From Okamejei kenojei (taxonomy: Eukaryota): a DNA stretch of 64,000 bases. How positions within the stretch are numbered: position 1 is the first letter of the stretch; each line of letters starts with the position of its first letter. The DNA is taken from NCBI GenBank assembly GCA_035221665.1, contig CM069138.1, forward strand, positions 23,064,001 through 23,128,000. The letters are read 5' to 3'. A program made the position numbers and the translations under genes. Below the pieces are notes generated by a model, which was given only the letters and a program-made list of their open reading frames with translations, was not told where the DNA came from and did not search any database. Positions 24,401 through 38,640 of this stretch are shown here, one piece after another.

Positions 24401-25270
24401 TTGCAATCACAAAGAACGCTCACACTGCTTCTATCTTCTTCAGAGGTTTGAGGAGATTTTGGCACGTTGCTAATACTCTATCAAACCTCCACCAATTGTT
24501 TACAGTGGAAGGTTAAGAGCTGTTGCAGTCATGGCCTTGTTCGAAATTCGAATGCGTCAGGGAATGAAGGATCAGCCAAATGCAGTGGACATTGCCCAGT
24601 CCACCATGGATATTGAACATCCACACCTTTGGAATGGATCTACAGGAATGGTTGCTATAGAAACAGCTAATATCCAGACCACACCACAGCCACACTCTCT
24701 TCTCACTGGTATCATAGGGAAGCAGGTGCTGGAGCTGAGAACTGTTACTCCAGGTTTAAGAACAGTTTTGTTTTCATCATCCAAACTCAGTTTTAAATAA
24801 TTTGTACACTCTAAGCACAACCCTATCTCAGACTGAACAGTCTTTGCACGACTGTGGTTACTTTGGTTATGTTTTTATCATCAACTGGTTTAGTTACAAA
24901 GAAAAAATTGTTTGTTGTTGGCACATTGTGTTGCTGTCTGACTAATCTTTATTATAGAGATAAATGAGGAATCCCCCTTTGGCCCACTGAGTACGCCAAA
25001 CCATGATCATCATAACTAGAAACCAATTCAACAATTTTACAAATCCACTTAAAGTACAACGTGTTTGTTTTTGGAGTGTAGGAAGAAAACAAAGCCATGC
25101 GGAGATAATCACAAGGACACAAGAGATCTTACAAACTTGAACAGATAATGTGCCTAAAGTTAAGAAATTTAATTGCTCAGGTCCACTTCCGCGATTCTTG
25201 GAAACATCTTCTCTTTATTAATCCTTTCTCAATCTCATTACTTTTCTTCCCTCATTACATCTGCTGTTTA

Positions 25271-25770
25271 NNNNNNNNNNNNNNNNNNNNNNNNNNNNNN
25301 NNNNNNNNNNNNNNNNNNNNNNNNNNNNNNNNNNNNNNNNNNNNNNNNNNNNNNNNNNNNNNNNNNNNNNNNNNNNNNNNNNNNNNNNNNNNNNNNNNNN
25401 NNNNNNNNNNNNNNNNNNNNNNNNNNNNNNNNNNNNNNNNNNNNNNNNNNNNNNNNNNNNNNNNNNNNNNNNNNNNNNNNNNNNNNNNNNNNNNNNNNNN
25501 NNNNNNNNNNNNNNNNNNNNNNNNNNNNNNNNNNNNNNNNNNNNNNNNNNNNNNNNNNNNNNNNNNNNNNNNNNNNNNNNNNNNNNNNNNNNNNNNNNNN
25601 NNNNNNNNNNNNNNNNNNNNNNNNNNNNNNNNNNNNNNNNNNNNNNNNNNNNNNNNNNNNNNNNNNNNNNNNNNNNNNNNNNNNNNNNNNNNNNNNNNNN
25701 NNNNNNNNNNNNNNNNNNNNNNNNNNNNNNNNNNNNNNNNNNNNNNNNNNNNNNNNNNNNNNNNNNNNNN
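25271..25770. other. Scaffold gap of exactly 500 N
   Basis: N run with a round length, indicating a gap of unknown size. Confidence 0.98.
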
Positions 25771-28700
25771 TGCAAACAGGAAGTTGTCAAGTTTAGACTT
25801 TTAATCTCGTTTGCCATTTCAAAACGCCGCAACCGCTCCTCCAACAAACGCTCATATTTGCTGTCCTATTTGTGCATTTCAAACTAGACAGCCAGACCAC
25901 CCAAACACACCCATATTGCTGTCTGTTCATTCAAAGACCAACCACACTCCAACAAACCATTTGCTGTCGCTTTCATTTTCAAAAAACTAAGCCACCACTA
26001 CAAACACATTTGCAGTTGCTTTATGATCAAACCTCAACAAACACCACTGGCTGCGAAGCAAAAGGGCTGTTGGCCTTAATCCCAAATGAGGCCAACGTCA
26101 GGGCATAGACCTCATTTGTAGTGTGGAGAATCCATCGTGGTGTGAGGTATTATGGACAGGGGTTTCTGATGGCAACAGGACGGGAACTTGTCGAGGATGG
26201 TGTGGCTGCCTTCCTGGTTGCACTCTCAGGATCCTAGGATGTCTGGACAGAGTGCAGAAAATCCTCAAGGGCGAAGGTGAAACAGCGGAAGTGGTAGTGC
26301 ATGCGGCACAAATGATGGGGAAAGAAGGGGTGTGGCATCAGCCGAAACAAGGGCCACTTTGCTCAAAACTTGTCAGGTGATACGAGGGCGGGCATGTGAC
26401 ATCATGGGCTAGAGGGAGTGTCCTGGCACTTAAGGTCTCTCACCTCGAGACTAGAGGAGTCAACAGGTAGCTGAGCCCGAGAGTACAACCTCGCTCAGCT
26501 ACAGCAAACATTGTATTATGGTTTCGTACCAAATTAACGTGTCACCACTGAATAAACAACACTTTGGAACCGTGCCTGATGTCTCACTTTATTCACCACG
26601 TTTGGTGCACTACATTGGTGCCCTGGGACTGTGCGAATTGAAAATTTGATTCACTGATGCACGCAGCCTCGGGAGTGCATGCAGGAAACTGCGTGCGTAG
26701 CAGCCTCCTGCCCACTGCAAGGGCCAACACATGCCCGACGGCCTGGGAGCAGAGTGAGAGTACCTGCCGTTCTCCCGCTCCCGACAACGGGACCCAGGCC
26801 TGTCGGCACCGCGAACACGCTCCAGGCCCCTGCACTGCACTGGGCCCCACAGCTCCGGCACCGGCCTCACCTCACCTGCACCGCACACAGGCCTCACTGC
26901 TCAAGCGTGTCCCGGCCACCGCAAACAGGCCTCACGCAGCCACGGCTCCATGTCCTGCCTGCACAGAACCCCCGGCCCGCGGCTGCTGCCCAGGGCCTAG
27001 TCACCCAATAGTACAGGCTTACCTGGGGCGACCACCGATGGACACCCGTTCTGGCCTCCTCACCGGTCTTGTATTGCTGTCCAGTCCATTCAGCTGGCTG
27101 GCAAAATGGGCCGCCGACGGCCACTGAACAAGCGGCCTCGAGGACCACAAAAATGGCCGCGCGCTGGCAGGAAGAGAAATCTAGAACTCTTACCGTCCAC
27201 AGCGCCACCTTCCGGGCCGGATGCCGGTCACTGCAGCCTGACCACCGGCACAGCGTACGTCTCCAGAGCTGTTGGCAATCACTGTTTATTTTTTACGCTC
27301 AACGCCGTCCATAGTGCCGCCCTCCTGGCCGGATGCTGTTCTGCAGCCCGACTATCGGAACAGAGCCTATTTAGGCCGGGAGGCTGTCACTGCAACCACA
27401 GTATTCCTTCCTGCACCATTGAACAACTGGACAATTTGAACTTTGGACACTGATTGCACTGTAATTTATCTTTTACTGTTCATTTTTTGTTTTCACTGCA
27501 TTTTCCACGCTCGGTCCGAAATTAGTTTGTTTATTTTATTTTGTTTTTTTTCACAGGCAATCTACCTTAGCTGGTCGAGGAGATAAACCGGGTCTCTTCC
27601 GATGAATATTCTGCAGCGTGATTTTAGAGAGCTCGGGAAAATATTCTGAAACTGCAGGACCTCCTGGTTTATTTCTCCGGTTTGCTTCAGTTCCTCGTGC
27701 TGGCGAGAGCAGAACAGGGAGTTACAGGACCTGAATGTGTGGCGGAGTAACTGGTGCAGGGGGCAGGGATTAGATTCCTTAGAAAAACATTGGGATCTAT
27801 TTTGGAGTAAGGGGAACGTACAAAAGGGACGCATTGCATTCTTAACGGTGGGGGACGAGCATTCTGCAGGCAGGTTTTGCCACTGCTTACACGGATGATC
27901 TTAACGAATAAGGGGGGGTGGGTGTCAAATGGGAAAGTCTAGGATGTAGTTAAAGGGAAAGAGAGTTAAGGAATAGTTAATGAACCCAGAATTATTGGTA
28001 AAGTAAGCTCACAAAGGGATAGGAGAGGTATGGCCAAGTTTAATAGGGATCATTGTGATAGATGGATGCATATGAAATTAGAAGTATTGGTATATTGAAT
28101 GCGCTAACTTTAAAAGTAAAGAAATAGCTGAGCTTGAGGTCAGTTAGAGGTTGGTAGATATGACATCGCGGGGGATTACTGCGTGGCTGCAAGAGGATCA
28201 GGCCTGGGAACTTAATGTTCTGGGTTATACATCCTCTTTAGAAAGGACAGTGAGGTGGTCAGAGGAGGTGGGGTAGCTCTGCTGTATGAGGCATGGAAAT
28301 TCTGTCCCTTGGGTGGTAAGATAGGGACTGAGAGTTAGAGTTGTAAATAGTTGAGGAATTGTAAAGGCAGAAGACATATTTGGTGTTATTTTTACAGGGC
28401 CCCCAATTAGTAGCACGGAGTAGGGTCTGTAAGTTGCCGAAGCAGGGAGTTAAAAAATGGCATTGTAACAAAGGTAATGCCACTGTGGTGATGGGGGATT
28501 TCAATATTCAGGTAGACTAGGGGAAATCTGGTTGGTATCAGGGACCCAAGAAAGAGAGTTGTGGATGGACGGAGGATAGATGGATAGATGGATTTGTCAT
28601 TTCAAACCTCAGAGTGGCTCGAACGAAATTCGTTTCTTCAAGCCATACAGAGCAATTCATAAAAAAAAACACCAAACATTTCAATTCACTACAAACATCC

Positions 28701-31700
28701 ATCACAGGTGAACTCCTCCTCACTGTGATGGAAGGCAAAGATCTTTTTCTTCCCCCGCACCCATTTTCTCCCGATGTCGAAGCCCCAGTGGGCGGGTGTT
28801 AAGTCCCACGGCCATTGAGGCCACGCAGGGCGATGTATCGAGCCCCAAGCTAGGCCCAAAAGTCACAATGTTGGATCCCCGGCGGGCGTTGGAATGTCCC
28901 GCATCCATTAAAGCCGAGCGGGCTGATGTTACAGCCCCTCCGGGTCGTTCAACCCCGCGATACAGGCGGGAGAAATGTGTTGCGGGAAGCTCTGGAGAGC
29001 GGTCGCTACGGACTTGAGCTTCCGATATCACAGTTCCACCAGTAGTAATCTGCAGCTGGTAGCTCCGGAAGGTCGGGCCCGCAGCGGTGCTAATGCTCCA
29101 GAGTCGGGCTGGAGCTGGAAGGGGCTCCGGAAGGTCGGGCCGCAGCAGGCGAGCCACCCATCGCTCCCCACGATGGTATGTACGCAGATCGCAGGCTCCG
29201 TGATGGAGCCCCAGGGTGTCCGGTCGGAGGCCGTCCTCGGTGCTAGGCCCAATGACAACGGAACGTCCAACAGGGTAAAAGGCGGGTCTCCATGCAGGGA
29301 AGAGATTTTAAAGGTTTCCCCCTCCACCACCCCATATACACAGTTATAAACAGTACAAAAAAAAACCGAACAAACTACATTTAACTAGAGAAAAAATTAA
29401 AAAGGCAGAAAGGCCTGTAGAATGGACTCTGAGATGGATTTTAGAGCAGTTTGTAATGGAGCGACCCAGAGACCAAAAGACAATTCTGGATTTAGTGGTG
29501 TCCAATTGATCCAGATATGAGAAGAGAACTTGAGTAAATGGAAACCACTTGGAGTGTAGTATTTGTTTTAGTTTATAGTGTTCATATATGATTAGTTTTA
29601 ATCTGCAAATTTGGAGAAGGAGAACGTTAAATTGAAGTGCAGTGATGAGTTGAACAAAGGGGACTATGATGGCAAGATGAGAGAGAGGAGCTGGCCAAAG
29701 TAGACTGGAAAGGGTACTAGCAGGGAATGTTGGTGGAAACAGGCAAAGGCAGGAATTTCTGGGCATAATCCGGAAGTCGCAGGATCATTTTCATTCCAAA
29801 AAGGAAGAACATTCTAAGGGGAAGTAGGATCGGCATGTGGCTTGAAACAAAGAAGTTAGTGATGGAAATAATAGCTAAAAGAAAAGCTGTATAACACGCA
29901 AAGAGTAGTGGACGCCAGAGCGATTGGGAAACTTTATAGGACAACAGTAGGAAACAAAATGGGCAATTTGGGCTGAAAAGATGAAGTTCGAGGGGGAAGC
30001 TGGCCAGGAATATAAAGACATGAAAGGACATAAAAGCTTCTTTTGTATGTTAAGGGAAATTGTAGCAACGTCAAATGTGGGTCCCTTGAAGGTGGACACG
30101 GGGTGAAATTATTAGGGAAACAAGGAAATCGCAAGAAGAGTTGAATAGGTCTTCAGATCTTTCTTTCACTAAGGAGGACACAAACCATTTTCCTGAGTTA
30201 CTGGTGGACAGAGGATCTAATGGGGTAGAGGAACTGAAATTAACCTTTTTAATTCGGCAAGAAATAGTAATTGGGTAGGCTACTGGGGAGAAGGCTGATA
30301 AATCCCCTGAGCCTGATGGTCTGCATCAGGGTCCTCAGGGAGGTGGCTCTTGAAATAGTGGACGCATGGTGATCTTTTTCAATGTTCATTGAGCAGGATC
30401 CGTTCCTATGGATTGGAGGATTGCTAATGATATTCCACTTTTCAAGAAAGGAGGAGAGAGAAAACGAGGAATTAAGGATAGATAGCCGGACTTCGGTGGT
30501 GGGAAAGATGGCTGGAGTTCAATTATTAAAGGGATTTATGAAAGGGAAATCATGCTTGGGACTAATCTTCTGGGAACTTTTGAGGATGGAAAAGAAAAAT
30601 GGTGAAGGTGTTGCCAGTGGTTGTGTGTAATCTAGACTTCAGAAAGCCTTTGATAAGGTCCCGCACGGGAGATGGTGCTAAAATTAGAGCCATGGTATTG
30701 GGGTAGGGTTGTTGACATGAATAGAAAAATTGGTTGGAGACCGGAAGCAAAGAGTAGGAGTGCACGGGTCCTTTTCAGATGGCAGGCAGAGAGATGGAGT
30801 GCCGCATGCTCGGAGTTGGGGCCACAACTGTTTACCATATATATTAATGATTTGGAAGAGGGAATTAGGAGCAACACTAGCAAGTTTGCGGATAATACAA
30901 AGCTGTGCGGCAGTGTGAACTGTGAAGAGGATGTTAGGGAGGTTGCAGGGGGACCTGGACAGTTTGAGGGAGTGGGTAGATGCATGGCAGATGCATGATA
31001 ATAATTATAAATGTGAGGGTTATCCACTTAGGCGGCAAAAAACAGGGGGCAGATTATTATCTCAAAGGCGTTAGTTTAGGTAAGGGGGAGGTACAGCGAG
31101 ACCTGGGTGTCCTTGTACACCGGTCACTGAAAGTTGCTGTGCAGGTACAGCAGGTAGTGAAGAAAGCTAATGGAATGTTGGCCTTCATAACAAGAGGATT
31201 TCAGTATAGGACTAAAGAGGTTCTTCTGCAGTTGTATAGGGCTCTGGAGTATTGTGTACGGTTTTGGTCTCTTAATTTGAGGAAGGACATCCTTGTGATT
31301 GAGGCAGTGCAGCATAGGTTCACGAGATTGATCCCTGGGATGGTGGGACTGCCATATGAGGAAAGATTGCAAAGACTAGGCTTGTATTCACTGGAGTTTA
31401 GAAGGATGAGGGAGATCTTATAGAAACATATATAATTATAAAAGGACTAGACAAGCTAGATGCAGGAAAAATGATCCCATTGTTGGGTGAGTCCAGAACC
31501 AGGGGCCACAGTCTCAGAATAAAGGGGAGGTCATTTAAGACTGAGGGAGAAAGAACTTTTTTACAAAGAGAGTTGTGAATTTATGGAATTCCCTGCCACT
31601 GAGGGCAGTGGAGGCCAAATCACTGGATGGATTTAAGAGTGAGTTGGATGGAGCTCTGGGGGCTAGTGGAGTCAAAGGGTATGGGGAGAAGGCAGGCATG

Positions 31701-32559
31701 GGTTATTGATAACAGACGATCAGCCATGATCACAATGAATGGCAGTGCTGTCTCGAAGGGCCGAATGGCCACCTCCTGCACCTATTTTCTATGTTTCTAT
31801 GTTTCAACCACCACTTGCTGTGCTTTATTTCAAACCAACCACCACCAACCACAATTTGCTCTGCTTTATTTCAAACCAACCACATTTTCATTTTCAAACC
31901 TCATTAAGGGCACTCAAGGTCAGTTTAACCACACTCACAGTTTAGTAGACATGTGTTCAGTGTTATTCACAGCTGAGACTGAGAGACGTGACCCTTTTTC
32001 TCCCCTATCTTGCAGGGACTGACTGAGACACTCAACAAATCCGGGTTTTATAGTCCCTCCAGAAGAGGCGTGGCCCTCATGAGAGATAATCTCAACATTT
32101 TTTAAACACTAATAATTATTTTATTTTTCATCGATGGGAAAATTCCTCTTGTCCTGCACAGCGGAGGGAGATTCTGAGTAAGATGGCCAAAAATCACAGC
32201 CGTATGCGGCAGCGTTATTTCTAAAATCAATATACAGAACAACAGGAAGTGGTCAAGATCAAATTTAGTAATATAAGATGTATGTATGTATATGGGTTTA
32301 TATAGAAACAAAGGGCTGAAGTTACTCAGCGGGGCAGGCAGCATCTCTGGAGGGAACGAATGGCTTATTTTTCAGATCGAGACCCTTCTTCAGACGTGAT
32401 GTTTCAGGTCAAAACCTTTCTTCAGATATATATGTATATATACCCACACTGATCCTTTTTTTTTTCTTTATTATGTTGTTTACAGTATATTATGTTTACA
32501 TGTTCTGTTGTGCTGCTGAAATAAAGAATGTTGTTCCATCTGGGACATGACAATAATGT

Positions 32560-35285
32560 CCCATGTTTCCTTCCTCTAGCGTGTCCAAACCCTTAATTAT
32601 CCTATATGTTTCAATAAGATACCCTCTCATCCTTCTAAACTCCAGAGTATACAAGCCCAGCAGTTCCATTCTCTCAGCATATGTCAGTCCTGCCATCTCG
32701 GGAATTAACCTTGGAAACCTACACTGCACTCCCTCAATAGCAAGAATGTCCTTCCTCAAATTAGGGGACCAAAACTGCACACAATACTCCAGGTGTGGTC
32801 CAGGCACGTGAGTAATTATTCGGGGTAGGCACTCAGTCGGATTTTTTTTTTTTAAACCGCGCATGCGCAGATTGTTCTCTCCGTAAAAATAAAAACTAAA
32901 AACAGTAACAATTCAATTTGCCCAAGGCTTCCTAGTCTCCTTTATTTTGAATTACTGAATGGGTTGGGGGGTGGTGCTGAAGGTGGAGGGATGGCAGGTG
33001 GAGAGATGGTGGGAAAAACGGGACCACACCGGGAAAAGTTGAATCAGTTGTCATCTTATTGAATGACAACACTTGTTCAAGTGAACAATTGGGGGGACAG
33101 TTCCTTTCACAGCGTGTGGAGAGTCTGCCAGGGGTAAAGTTGCGGGGAGAGCAGGACTGTTGAGAATGAGGGGGTCGGGCATAATGCCAGTAACTCACTC
33201 ACTTACCGCGTTCCAGGCGTGGAGCCACCACATTGTAGCCGGGGATAGAAGCAGCTCAGGAAGCTGCGAGCGGCCGCCGGGATCAGACAGTCAAACTGTC
33301 CGCCACTTCAACGCCTTCTGCTGGCCTGCTCACTTCTGACAGTGCTCTCCGTCTCTCATCTGCCGCTCGCTCATGTCAGCGACTTCCTGCAAATCCTTAA
33401 ATTCCCACAGCCGAGTAACCTCAATCGCGCTGTCGGAATTTAAGGATTTGCGTGCAATGAGTGAGGCCAGCGAGCGGCAGGAGAGAGGTTTTGCATGCCT
33501 CTGTCCAAGGAGCGTCACAAGTGGCATGCTCCCGACCCCTCCTTCACAACATTCGTGCCCTCCCCGCAACTTTACCCCGTGCCAGACTCCCCAAATGCTA
33601 TGAAAGGAGCTCTCCCCCACCCCCACACCTCGGGAAGTACGGTATTTAAAAACATCAACACATAATGTACTTACCACATTATTGATACACGATCTACATT
33701 CTTCTCTATTTGTTTCCTAAGATACACTTAAAATAATGCCAATCCATATTTGAAAACCCCGCCAAGAAACTAGCCGTGCGCATGCGCAGTAGGCTGCTGC
33801 GCCTGCGCAGTGCTGCAAAGGCAGAATTTCTGCTGCCTTCAGCCCCACTTGAAAGTGACGCTTGAAGCCGCGCTGATGGCACGTGGGCTGCACAGACCTT
33901 CAAGGGTTACAAGTGCTGCGGATGAAAAGTGCTGCGGATGTATGTTTACTTCTATTGACTGATGAACAGGGACCCCCGGATACCGTTGTACTTCCCCTTT
34001 TCCCAACTTGACACCATTTAGATAGTAATCTGCCTTCCTGTTTTTGCTACCAAAGTGGATAACCTTACATTTATCCACATTAAACTGCATCTGCCATGCT
34101 CCACTCACCCACCTGCCCAATTCACCCTACATTCTCATAACATCCTCCTCACAGTTCACACTGCCACCCAGCTCTGTGTCATCTGCAAATTTGCTAATAT
34201 TACTTTTAATCCCTTCATCTAAATCATTGATGTATATTGTAAATAGCTGTGGTCTCAGCACCGAGCTTTACGGTACCTCACTAGTCACTGTCTGCCATTC
34301 TGAAAGGGACCCGTAATCCCTACTAATTGATTCCTGCCTGCCAACCAATTTTCTATCCATGTCAGCACTCTACCCCCAATACAATGTGCCCTAATTTTGC
34401 CCACTAATCGCCTATGTGGGACCTTATCAAATGCTTTCTGAAAGTCCAGGTACACTACATCCACTGGCTCTCCCTTGTCTATTTTCCTAGTTTATATCCT
34501 CAAAAAATTCCAGAAGTCTAGTCAAGCATGATTTCTCCTTCGTAAATCCATGCTGACTCGGACCGATACTGTTACTGCTATCCAAATGTGCCACAATTTC
34601 ATCTTTTATAATTGACTCCAGCATCTTCCCCACCACCAATGTCAGGCTAAAGGGTCTATAATTCCTTGTTTTATCTCTCCCGCCTTTCTTCAAAAGTGGG
34701 ATAGCATTGGCTTCACTCCAATCGACAGGAACTGATCCTGAATCTATAGAACAATGGAAAATTATCACCAATGCGTCCACGATTTCTAGAGCCACTTCCT
34801 TAAGTACCTGGGATGCAGAGCATCAGGCCCTGGGGATTCATCAGCCTTCAGTCCCGTCAGTCTACCCAACACCATTTCCTGCCTAATGTGGATTTCCTTC
34901 AGTTCCTCCATCACCCCAGATCCTCTGGCCACTATATCAGGAGATTGTTTTTATCTTCATTAGTGAAGACGGATCCAAAGTACGTGTCAACTCATCTGCC
35001 ATTTCCTTGTTCCCCATAAAAAGATCACATTTTTCAGTCTTCAAGGGTCCAACTTTTGTCTTAAATATTTTTTTCCTCTTCACATACCTAAACCAGTTTT
35101 TACTATCCTCCTTTATATTCTTGTCTAGCTTACCTTCGTACCTCACCTTTTCCCCCCGTATAACCTTTATAATTATCTTCTGTTGCTCTTTAAACATTAC
35201 CCAATCCTCTCGCTTCCCACTCATCTTTGCTTCGTTGTGCTTCTCTTTTATTTGTATACTGTCCCTGACATCCCTTGTCAGCCTT
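32560..35285 (-). mobile_element. CR1 ORF2 fragment interrupted by the inverted DNA-element copy (32801-33925); noisy twin at about 18710-21460
   Basis: ORFs 32496-32864, 33839-34120, 34487-34795 and 34937-35296 are CR1 RT-region peptides (RNYRP, QHGFTKEKSCLT, WQMQFNVDKC, LEYCVQFWSP). Confidence 0.88.
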
Positions 35286-35834
35286 TTGTTCCTCATTGCT
35301 TAAATCGAACTGTAATATTATTTGGAAGAAGGAACTTGCAAGTACATTTTAAATCTTGAACTTCTAAAGATAAACAGTTGAGAGCATATTGACTGGTTGC
35401 ATCAGGGTTCGGCAACTCAAATACCCAGGAGTGAAGAAGATTGCAAAAACTAATGAACGCTGCCCAGTGCATCATGGGTTCTGACCTCCCCACCATCAAA
35501 GGGATATACAGGAATCGCTGCCTCTAAAAGGCAGTCAGCATCATCAGAGACCCACCCTTCCCTGGCAATATACTCCTTTCACTCCTGCCATCAGGAAGAA
35601 GACATAGGATCCTGAAAACTGTAAATGTCCAGGTTCAGGAACAGCTACATCCCCGCACCCATCTGACTACTAAACATTGCAACCTCCAAATAAGCTCGAA
35701 ACTACATAGACTTGGGGCCATTGGTTTCGTCTTTTTTTGTTTTATTCATTTGCAGATATTAGTTAATGAGTTCGAACAGCCCATTAGGGAGCAATTGTTT
35801 TAGAGGTGCCAAATGTTACAAAAGTATCATAAAG

Positions 35835-36070
35835 ACACAAGTGTGTAGGAAGGAATTGCATATGCTGGTTCACACCAAAGATCGATACAAAAAGCTGTAG
35901 TAACTCAGTGGGTCAGGCAGCATCTTTGTAAAATTAGGGTTCATTTTGGGTCGAGACCCATCTTCAGACCAAAGAAGGGTCTCGATCCAAAACATCACAC
36001 ATTCCATTTCTCCATAGATGCTGCCTAACCGGCTGAGTTTCTCCAGCTTTTTGTGTCTATTAAGACACAA
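35835..36070. mobile_element. Palindromic Penelope-tail insertion with two opposed hammerhead-like motifs
   Basis: gggtcgagacccatcttcag followed directly by aagaagggtctcgatccaaaac. Flanking arms aactcag..ggcagcatct / agatgctgcc..ctgagtt are reverse complements. Confidence 0.65.
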
Positions 36071-36084
36071 ATGTTTGGCACTGC

Positions 36085-36382
36085 ATTAAAGATTGGTCCT
36101 ATTGGCTTAAGGCCAGCCCTGACAGGCGTTCCTGGAGGAAATCCACGCATGAAGGAGCTGCACGAAATGGAACTATGCCGTGTCGCAGACACAAAGCTAC
36201 AGCATCGTAAGGGGAGAGAGGAGGAGGCTCGACCACTAACAACCACCACCAGTTGCACCAAGTGGTGTGGATCGCGGATCAGCCTCCACAGACATCTGCA
36301 GACCCACAGGTAGACGACCCTGTGGAGAGGAGAGGACAGTCAAACTCGTTTTGAGTGACTGCCGATGATGATGATGATGAAG
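36085..36382 (+). mobile_element. RTE-clade LINE 3' end
   Basis: C-terminal CTKWCGSRISLHRHLQTH motif and (GAT)n tail. Confidence 0.6.
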
Positions 36383-36709
36383 ATAAAATCTGTCATTTTT
36401 GGTTGTGGAATACAGAATTTCTTCTCATGATCAGCCATTTCCATGATCTATTTGAAAATCTTGCCTGGGTTTAACCTTATTGAATGATGAATGTTAATCT
36501 GCCTGAAACTAACTCGGTTTCTCCCCCCACCCGCAGCTCTGAGCTGCTGAGTGTTCCTGGCTTTTGTGTTATTATCCTTCCTGCCTCTGCAACCTTTTGC
36601 CTGTATCTCTTTATTGGGCCAAAATTTATCTCTGGACAATGTTCTCTCTCATAATAGATTTAGAAAATCTTTTGTCATTAGATCTGATATTCTTCACACT
36701 GGCTTTTAA

Positions 36710-38640
36710 TGAAAACATATACATCAGGCTATTGTTCATTGACTGCGGCACAGCGTTCAACACCATTATCCTGTCCAAACTCAGGGATCTGGGTCACTGC
36801 TCCACCCTATTCAACTGATTGCTCAACTTCCCCATTGGCAGACCTCAGTCTGTATGTATTGGCAACACTATCTCCGCCTCAGTGACCATCAGCACAGGGG
36901 CACCTCAAAGCTGTGTGTTCAACCCCCTGCTCTACCCTCTGTATACCCGTGACTGTGTAGCCAGACGCAGCTCCAAAGCCATCTTTAAATTCTCCGATGA
37001 TACCACCATCCATGGATGAGTAATGGCCAATGCTGAGTCAGGGTAATGGAGGGAGATCGATAATTTAGTGGAGTGGTGTCAGTACAAGAATTTTGCACTC
37101 AGCATCAGCAAGATAAAAGAAACATACCTCGACCCCATCCTCTCCCCCCTGGTTAAATCCCTCCCTACCTATGTTCAAAACACCTCGGACGCTCTCCGTT
37201 GTCTCCGGGCATTCCGTTCTCTAGGCCCACATCCACTCATCTTCACCATGGACGTCCAGTCACTCTACACCTCCATCCATCACCAGGAGGGTCTTGAAGC
37301 CCTCCGGTTCTTCCTCGACCGGAGAACCAACCAATCCCCATCTACAGATACTCTCCTCTGCCTAGCGGAGCTGGTCCTTACCTTTAATAACTTTTCGTTT
37401 GACTCCTCCCATTTCCTACAAATACAAGGCATAGCTATGGGCACGTGCATGGGCCCCAGCTATGCCTGCCTCTTTGTAGGGTACGTCGAACAATCCTTCC
37501 TTAACTCCCTGGTCAATTCTTCCCTTCCCTCCCGCACCACCCCCTCCCCGGGCACTTTCCCTTGCAACCGCAAGAGATGCTACACTCGTCGCTTTACCTC
37601 CCCCCTCGACTCCATTCAAGGATCCAAGCAGTCATTCCAGGTGCGACAGAGGTTCACCTGCACCTCCTCCAACCTCATCTATTGCATCCACTGCTCTACA
37701 TGTCAGCTCATCTACATCGGTGAGACCAAGCATAGGATTGGCGATTGTTTCGCCGAACACTTCCGCTCGGTCCGCATTAACCAACCTGATCTCCCTGTGG
37801 CTCAGCACATCAACTACCCCTCCCATTCCGAATCCGACCTTTCTGTCCTGTGCCTCCTCCATTACCAGAGTGAGCACCACCGGAAATTGGAGGAGCTGCA
37901 CCTCGTATTCCACTTGGGCAGTTTACCCCTAGCAGCATGAACATTGACTTCTCCAATTTCCGGTAGCCCTTGCTGTCTCCTCCCCTTCTCAGAGCTCCCT
38001 CAGCCCTCTGGCTTCTCCTCTTCCTTTCTCCTTTCTTCTTTCTTGTCACTTGCGGGCGGAGCACCAAGGCAAATTCCTTGTATGTGAATACTTGGTCATT
38101 AAACTTATTAATTCATTCACTTCAGGAAGGGAAAGCTGAGGGAATATGCACCTGTCCATGTTGGCGGAATGGTAATGGAGAAAGAGTTAAAGGCTCATGT
38201 TCTTGGGCTTTCACATCTATGATGGCCTGTTGTGGGCTCAGCGCACTGGTGCAATCTCAAAGAAAGCTCACCAATGCTTCTACTTCTTCAGAGGTTTGAG
38301 GAGATTTGGCACGTTGCCTAATACTCTATCAAACCTCCACAATTGTACAGTGGACAGGTTACGAGCTGGTTGCGTCATGGCCTTGTTCGAAAATTCGAAT
38401 GGTCAGGAATGAAGGAAGCAGCAAAAAGCAGTGGACATTGCCCAGTCCACCATGGATATTGACCTCCACACCATTGAAGGGATCTACAGGAATGGTTGCC
38501 TATAGAAGACAGCTAATATCTTCAAGACCCACACCATCCAGCCCACACTCTCTTCTCACTGGTATCATAGGGAAGCAGGTGCTGGAGCCTGAGAACTGTT
38601 ACCTCCAGGTTTAAGAACAGTTTTTTCCAATCAACCAACA
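36710..38640 (+). mobile_element. Rex1/Babar-like LINE RT fragment split by a Penelope insertion
   Basis: [36 protein letters not shown], then KKAHQCFYFFRGLRRFG after the insert. Related fragments at about 35380-35680 (+) and 39850-40210 (-). Confidence 0.75.
37120..38050 (+). mobile_element. Penelope-like element, internally deleted RT fused to GIY-YIG endonuclease
   Basis: ORF 37068-37940: TMDVQSLYTSI and GIAMGTCMGPSYACLF, then directly the PCNRKRC linker, SSNLIYCIHC..C..IYIGET and EH motif. No YxDD. Confidence 0.9.

Noticed and set aside
25148-25847. ORFs of about 210 aa across the gap
   Set aside because: Almost entirely N-derived.
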